From an uncultured Chloroflexia bacterium (GTDB taxonomy: Bacteria > Chloroflexota > Limnocylindria > QHBO01): a DNA stretch of 64,000 nucleotides. The position numbers and the translations under genes were made by a program. Positions within the stretch are counted from its first letter, which is position 1. Every line of letters begins with the position of its first letter. Where the stretch lies: positions 94,094 through 158,093 of the forward strand of contig CAWIXR010000005.1 in NCBI GenBank assembly GCA_963840145.1. Direction: 5' to 3'. The notes beneath the pieces are model-generated. The model searched no databases, had not been told where the DNA came from, and worked only from the letters and a program-made list of their open reading frames with translations. This document shows, piece after piece, positions 58,747 through 64,000 of this stretch.

Positions 58747-58769
58747 AGCGCTGACAGAATGGAAAGCCC

Positions 58770-59633
58770 CTACGACTCCGTTGCGGGCTCCACCTCGTAC
58801 ACCCGCCGCGGCTCCGACAGTCCCTTCAACTCCTGGTCGCCGCGGTCGATGAACTCGATGGCCGAGCCCGCCAGCAGCTCGCGCGTCGCCCACGACGCGT
58901 AGACCGTGCCCGCGCCGGCAAGGTCGGCAATGCGAGCCGCGATGTGGACGCCGACGCCGCGGACGTTGCCGCCCTCCTGCTCGATCTCGCCGGTATGGAC
59001 GCCCGCCCGAACCTCGAGACCGATCTCCGATGTGACCCGGCTGATCTCAAGCGCTGCGCGGATCGCCCGCTCGGCGCCGTCGAAGAGGGCAACGAACCCG
59101 TCGCCGGTCGTCGACACCTCGCGGCCGCGGAACCGGTCGAGCAGGTCTCGCACCGCTCGATCGTGCCGCGCCAGCAGGTCGCGCCAGGCTCCGTCGCCCA
59201 GCTCGAGCGCCCGAGCCGTCGAGTTGACGATGTCGGTCACCAGGAGCGTGGTGACGATCCGATCGAAATCGCCGCCTTCCGCCTGGCCGAAGGCCACGCT
59301 CGGCTGCCACTCGAGATTCACGTACGGCTCGTCGCCCTCGATCCAGGAGTCGTGGCCGGCCGGGATCTCGTAGAACTGGCCCGCCTCGACCGCGAGCTCG
59401 GCGCCCTCGCGCGTCCGGACGCGCATCCGTCCGGAGAGGCAGACCCCGATGTGGTGGTACTCGCACAGCTCCGTGCGCGAGATCGGCTGGATCGACTCGC
59501 TCCAGCGCCATCCCGGCTGGAGGATCGAGCGACCGATGCGGATCTCGCCCAGGTCGTACGTCTCGAGGCGGCCGAACGGGACCTCGCGCACGCTGTCGGG
59601 CTCGCCGAAGGGCCGGCGCTGCAGCTTGACCAT
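58770..59633 (-). CDS. class III adenylate/guanylate cyclase with N-terminal cupin-like domain
   Basis: Cyclase homology domain (VTDIVNST...TGDGFVALF...GVHTGE). Confidence 0.75.
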   Translation of the reverse strand: MVKLQRRPFGEPDSVREVPFGRLETYDLGEIRIGRSILQPGWRWSESIQPISRTELCEYHHIGVCLSGRMRVRTREGAELAVEAGQFYEIPAGHDSWIEGDEPYVNLEWQPSVAFGQAEGGDFDRIVTTLLVTDIVNSTARALELGDGAWRDLLARHDRAVRDLLDRFRGREVSTTGDGFVALFDGAERAIRAALEISRVTSEIGLEVRAGVHTGEIEQEGGNVRGVGVHIAARIADLAGAGTVYASWATRELLAGSAIEFIDRGDQELKGLSEPRRVYEVEPATES

Positions 59634-59692
59634 GACATGCCCACGATAGACGGCCAGAGCGCTCAGGCGGCACCAGCCTTAGGATTCGACGC

Positions 59693-61568
<1,876 letters not shown>

Positions 61569-61598
61569 GGGTTTGCGGCGGTCGCCACAATACGCGGC

Positions 61599-64000
61599 GT
61601 GACGATGAGCGACGAGCGGAGGCTCGTTACGGTGCTGTTCGCCGACCTCGTCGGCTTCACCGGACGCGCCGAGTCGACCGATCCCGAGCAGGTCCGCGAA
61701 CTCCAGCGCTCGTACTTCGGCGCGGTGGCCGCGGAGGTGGAGCGGTACGGGGGCAGCGTCGAGAAGTACATCGGTGACGCGGTCATGGCGCTGTTCGGCG
61801 TGCCGCAGGCTCACGACGACGACGCCGAGCGCGCGCTCCATGCGGCGGCCGCGATCCGCGAGGCGGTGGCCGCGCTCGACGAAGGGCTCGAGGTCCGCAT
61901 CGGCGTCAACACCGGCGAGGTGGTCGGCGGTCCGGGCGGGCCGAACCAGGGCGAGTACAGCGTGAGCGGCGACGCGGTGAACGTCGCGGCACGCCTCCAG
62001 CAGAGCGCGCAGCCGAGCGAGGTGCTGGTCGGCGGCACGACTCGCCGTCTCGCATACGAGGCATTCGACTTCGCGCCTCGCGAGTCCATGGCGGTGAAGG
62101 GGCGGACCGATACCGTCGAGGCATGGCGACTGGAGTCGGCGGTGGCCGAGCGCCGGCGCGCTCGCGGCGGCGAGGCCCGGCTCGTCGGACGGGAGCGAGA
62201 GCTGGCCGCGCTGGAATCGGCCATCGAGGAGGCGCGCGAGGGCCGCGGCATGATGGTTGCGCTGGTGGGGGAGCCGGGAATCGGCAAGAGCCGGCTTGCG
62301 CTCGAGCTCCTGCGGCGCGCGGAGACGAGCGGCTTTGCAACGGCCTGGACCTCGTCGCGGTCGTATGCCTCGGCGTTTCCGTATCACCTCGTCGGGCAGC
62401 TCGTGCCGCAGCTCCTTCGCGTTCCGGACGGCCGCACGGACATGAAGACCGATGCAGCGCTGCGCGCCGCCGTGACCGACGTCGACGGGGCGACGATCGC
62501 GACGTGGGCGCGCGTCCTGGACGACGTCCTGGGCACCGCCGCCGCGAGTACGCTCGAGCTCGCCGATCTCTCACCGGCCGGGAAGCAGCGGGTTCTCGTG
62601 CAGGCGATCGGTGCAATCCTGGCCGCTCGCTCCGCGACCATTCCGACGCTACTCGTGCTCGACGACCTCCACTGGGCCGACCCGGCGAGCCTGGCGGTCA
62701 TCGAGGAGCTGTTGGCGATCGTGCCGGAGCTGCGCGTCGCGCTGCTCGCCACGTACCGCTCGACCTGGTCGCACGGCTGGGAGGGCCGCAGCGCGTACGA
62801 GCAGATCAACCTCCGCCCGTTGCGGCCGGACGACGCGCGGCGGATGGCCGCCGAGCTCGCGACGGGCGCGCCGATGGCGGACGAGGTGACCGAGCAGGTC
62901 CTCGAGCGATCGGGCGGCAACCCGCTCTTCCTCGAGGAGCTCGTCCAGGGCGAGCGCGAAACGGCGACCGGGGAGCGCGGCGCCACTGCCCAGCTGCCGG
63001 CGTCGATCCACGAGATGCTGCTCGCCCGGCTCGACGCGCTTCCGGCCGAAGTGCGGCGCGTGCTCCAGCTTGCCGCGGTCGTCGGAGCCGAGTTCGGTGA
63101 GCGAACGGTCGGCGACCTCGCGGAGACCGAGGCCACGAACACCGACGACGCGCTGCGTACCCTCCAGCGGGCAGAGCTGGTCCAGGCGCGCGGCGCCGAC
63201 ACGACCGATCGGACCTTCGTCTTCCGCCACCCGCTTATCCACGAGGTGGCATACGGGAGCCTCCTCACCAGTGCGCGGCGAACCCTGCACGGCCGCGTTG
63301 GACGGTGGCTCGAGGAGCACGGAGGCGAGGATCGCGTGAACGAGCTCGCGCGCCACTTCGACCACAGCGACGACCGGGAGCGTGCCCGCCGCTACCTCCG
63401 CCTCGCCGGCGAGCGGGCCCACGCACTCAACGCCAGCCGCGAGGCGTTCGACTGGTTCCGCGCCGCCGCAGAGGCGCATGCCGACGAGCCCGAAAAGCGC
63501 GCCGAGATGCTCGAGGCGGCCGCGCAGGAGATCTACCTCCTGGGAGACACCGGCGAGGCGAGCGAGATCCAGCGGGAGGCGATCGGCATCCACGAGTCGG
63601 CCGGCAACGACCGCGCCGCCGCGCGCGCGCGGATCTGGCACGGACGATACATCTGGCTCCTCGGCGACCCCGACGAGGCCGAGCGGCAGAACGCGCTCGC
63701 CGTCGAGGGACTCGAGCGGCACGGCCCGAGCCCCGAGCTGGCCATGGCCTACAGCTTCCGCGCGCAGAGCCTGATGCTCGTACCGAACTTCCCGGAGGCC
63801 GAAGGGTGGGCGCGCAAGGCGATCGCCGTCGCCGAGGCGACCGGTGCCACCGCTGCGTTGATCCACGCCACGAACAATCTCGGCACGTGCCTCATCGGTC
63901 GGTCGGATGCGCAGGGCGTCGAGTACCTCCGCCGGAGCCGCGACCTCGCCCTCGAGCACCACTTGTCCGACGAGGTGGGTCGCGCCAACAACAACCTGTC
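61599..64000 (+). CDS. multidomain adenylate cyclase - STAND/AAA ATPase - TPR regulator, 3'-truncated by the window edge
   Basis: I translated it directly from the sequence. It has a cyclase domain (VTVLFADLVGFT...GDAVMALFG...GVNTGEV), a P-loop (GEPGIGKSR) and helical repeats. It runs open to nt 64000, which is why it is absent from the ORF track. Confidence 0.8.
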   Translation, partial: MTMSDERRLVTVLFADLVGFTGRAESTDPEQVRELQRSYFGAVAAEVERYGGSVEKYIGDAVMALFGVPQAHDDDAERALHAAAAIREAVAALDEGLEVRIGVNTGEVVGGPGGPNQGEYSVSGDAVNVAARLQQSAQPSEVLVGGTTRRLAYEAFDFAPRESMAVKGRTDTVEAWRLESAVAERRRARGGEARLVGRERELAALESAIEEAREGRGMMVALVGEPGIGKSRLALELLRRAETSGFATAWTSSRSYASAFPYHLVGQLVPQLLRVPDGRTDMKTDAALRAAVTDVDGATIATWARVLDDVLGTAAASTLELADLSPAGKQRVLVQAIGAILAARSATIPTLLVLDDLHWADPASLAVIEELLAIVPELRVALLATYRSTWSHGWEGRSAYEQINLRPLRPDDARRMAAELATGAPMADEVTEQVLERSGGNPLFLEELVQGERETATGERGATAQLPASIHEMLLARLDALPAEVRRVLQLAAVVGAEFGERTVGDLAETEATNTDDALRTLQRAELVQARGADTTDRTFVFRHPLIHEVAYGSLLTSARRTLHGRVGRWLEEHGGEDRVNELARHFDHSDDRERARRYLRLAGERAHALNASREAFDWFRAAAEAHADEPEKRAEMLEAAAQEIYLLGDTGEASEIQREAIGIHESAGNDRAAARARIWHGRYIWLLGDPDEAERQNALAVEGLERHGPSPELAMAYSFRAQSLMLVPNFPEAEGWARKAIAVAEATGATAALIHATNNLGTCLIGRSDAQGVEYLRRSRDLALEHHLSDEVGRANNNL

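Noticed and set aside
57940-58760. 7-bp inverted repeat CTGTCAG / CTGACAG outside the 18-bp direct repeats, as possible terminal inverted repeats of a mobile element
   Set aside because: Too short to be significant on its own. The homology does not extend beyond 7 bp, and no transposase is present.

Overview
This is a ~72% GC window, probably from an actinobacterial or Thermoleophilia-like chromosome. Supporting features are F420-dependent enzymes with a DUF385 nitroreductase, an Rv2525c-like secreted protein, and frequent GTGA/ATGA overlapped starts. It is densely coding on both strands, and I found no rRNA, tRNA, CRISPR array or IS element.

Recognisable content, in order:
- the 3' end of a citrate synthase gene and an ECF sigma factor;
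- a RES-toxin/Xre(DUF2384)-antitoxin pair whose toxin ORF has no canonical start codon and is absent from the ORF track;
- a 2-oxoacid:ferredoxin oxidoreductase operon (ferredoxin delta subunit, YflT-like insert, alpha, beta with an unusual repeat-bearing C-terminal extension, gamma);
- adenosine deaminase and three MFS transporters;
- a beta-oxidation-like set (three crotonases, a 3-hydroxyacyl-CoA dehydrogenase, a thiolase);
- a PotBCD-type polyamine ABC importer next to a gamma-glutamylputrescine-oxidase-like flavoenzyme;
- an F420 cluster (DUF385, MarR, Fgd-like), an aldehyde dehydrogenase and aminopeptidase N;
- four class III adenylate cyclases, the last a cyclase-STAND-TPR protein running off the window end;
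- a frameshifted bipA/typA.

Most unusual is an unannotatable three-gene cluster at 31138-35058: a divergent VirB11/CpaF-type ATPase core, a MetE/UROD-fold protein, and a ChlI-like AAA+ protein with degenerate Walker A and B motifs. Two paralogous ~290-nt leaders within it each carry three copies of a TCCCG-N5-CGGGA palindrome/hairpin motif. A GGDEF-EAL sensor lies downstream.

Other non-obvious signals:
- a 16-nt AT-rich palindromic element GTATATACRTATATAC found three times, each 15-25 nt upstream of a catabolic gene start;
- two paralogous XRE-HTH/minimal nucleotidyltransferase modules, one split and one fused; the split module has a perfect operator palindrome and the fused one is flanked by perfect 18-bp direct repeats;
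- a duplicated 21-nt pre-start element upstream of the OFOR delta and alpha subunits.
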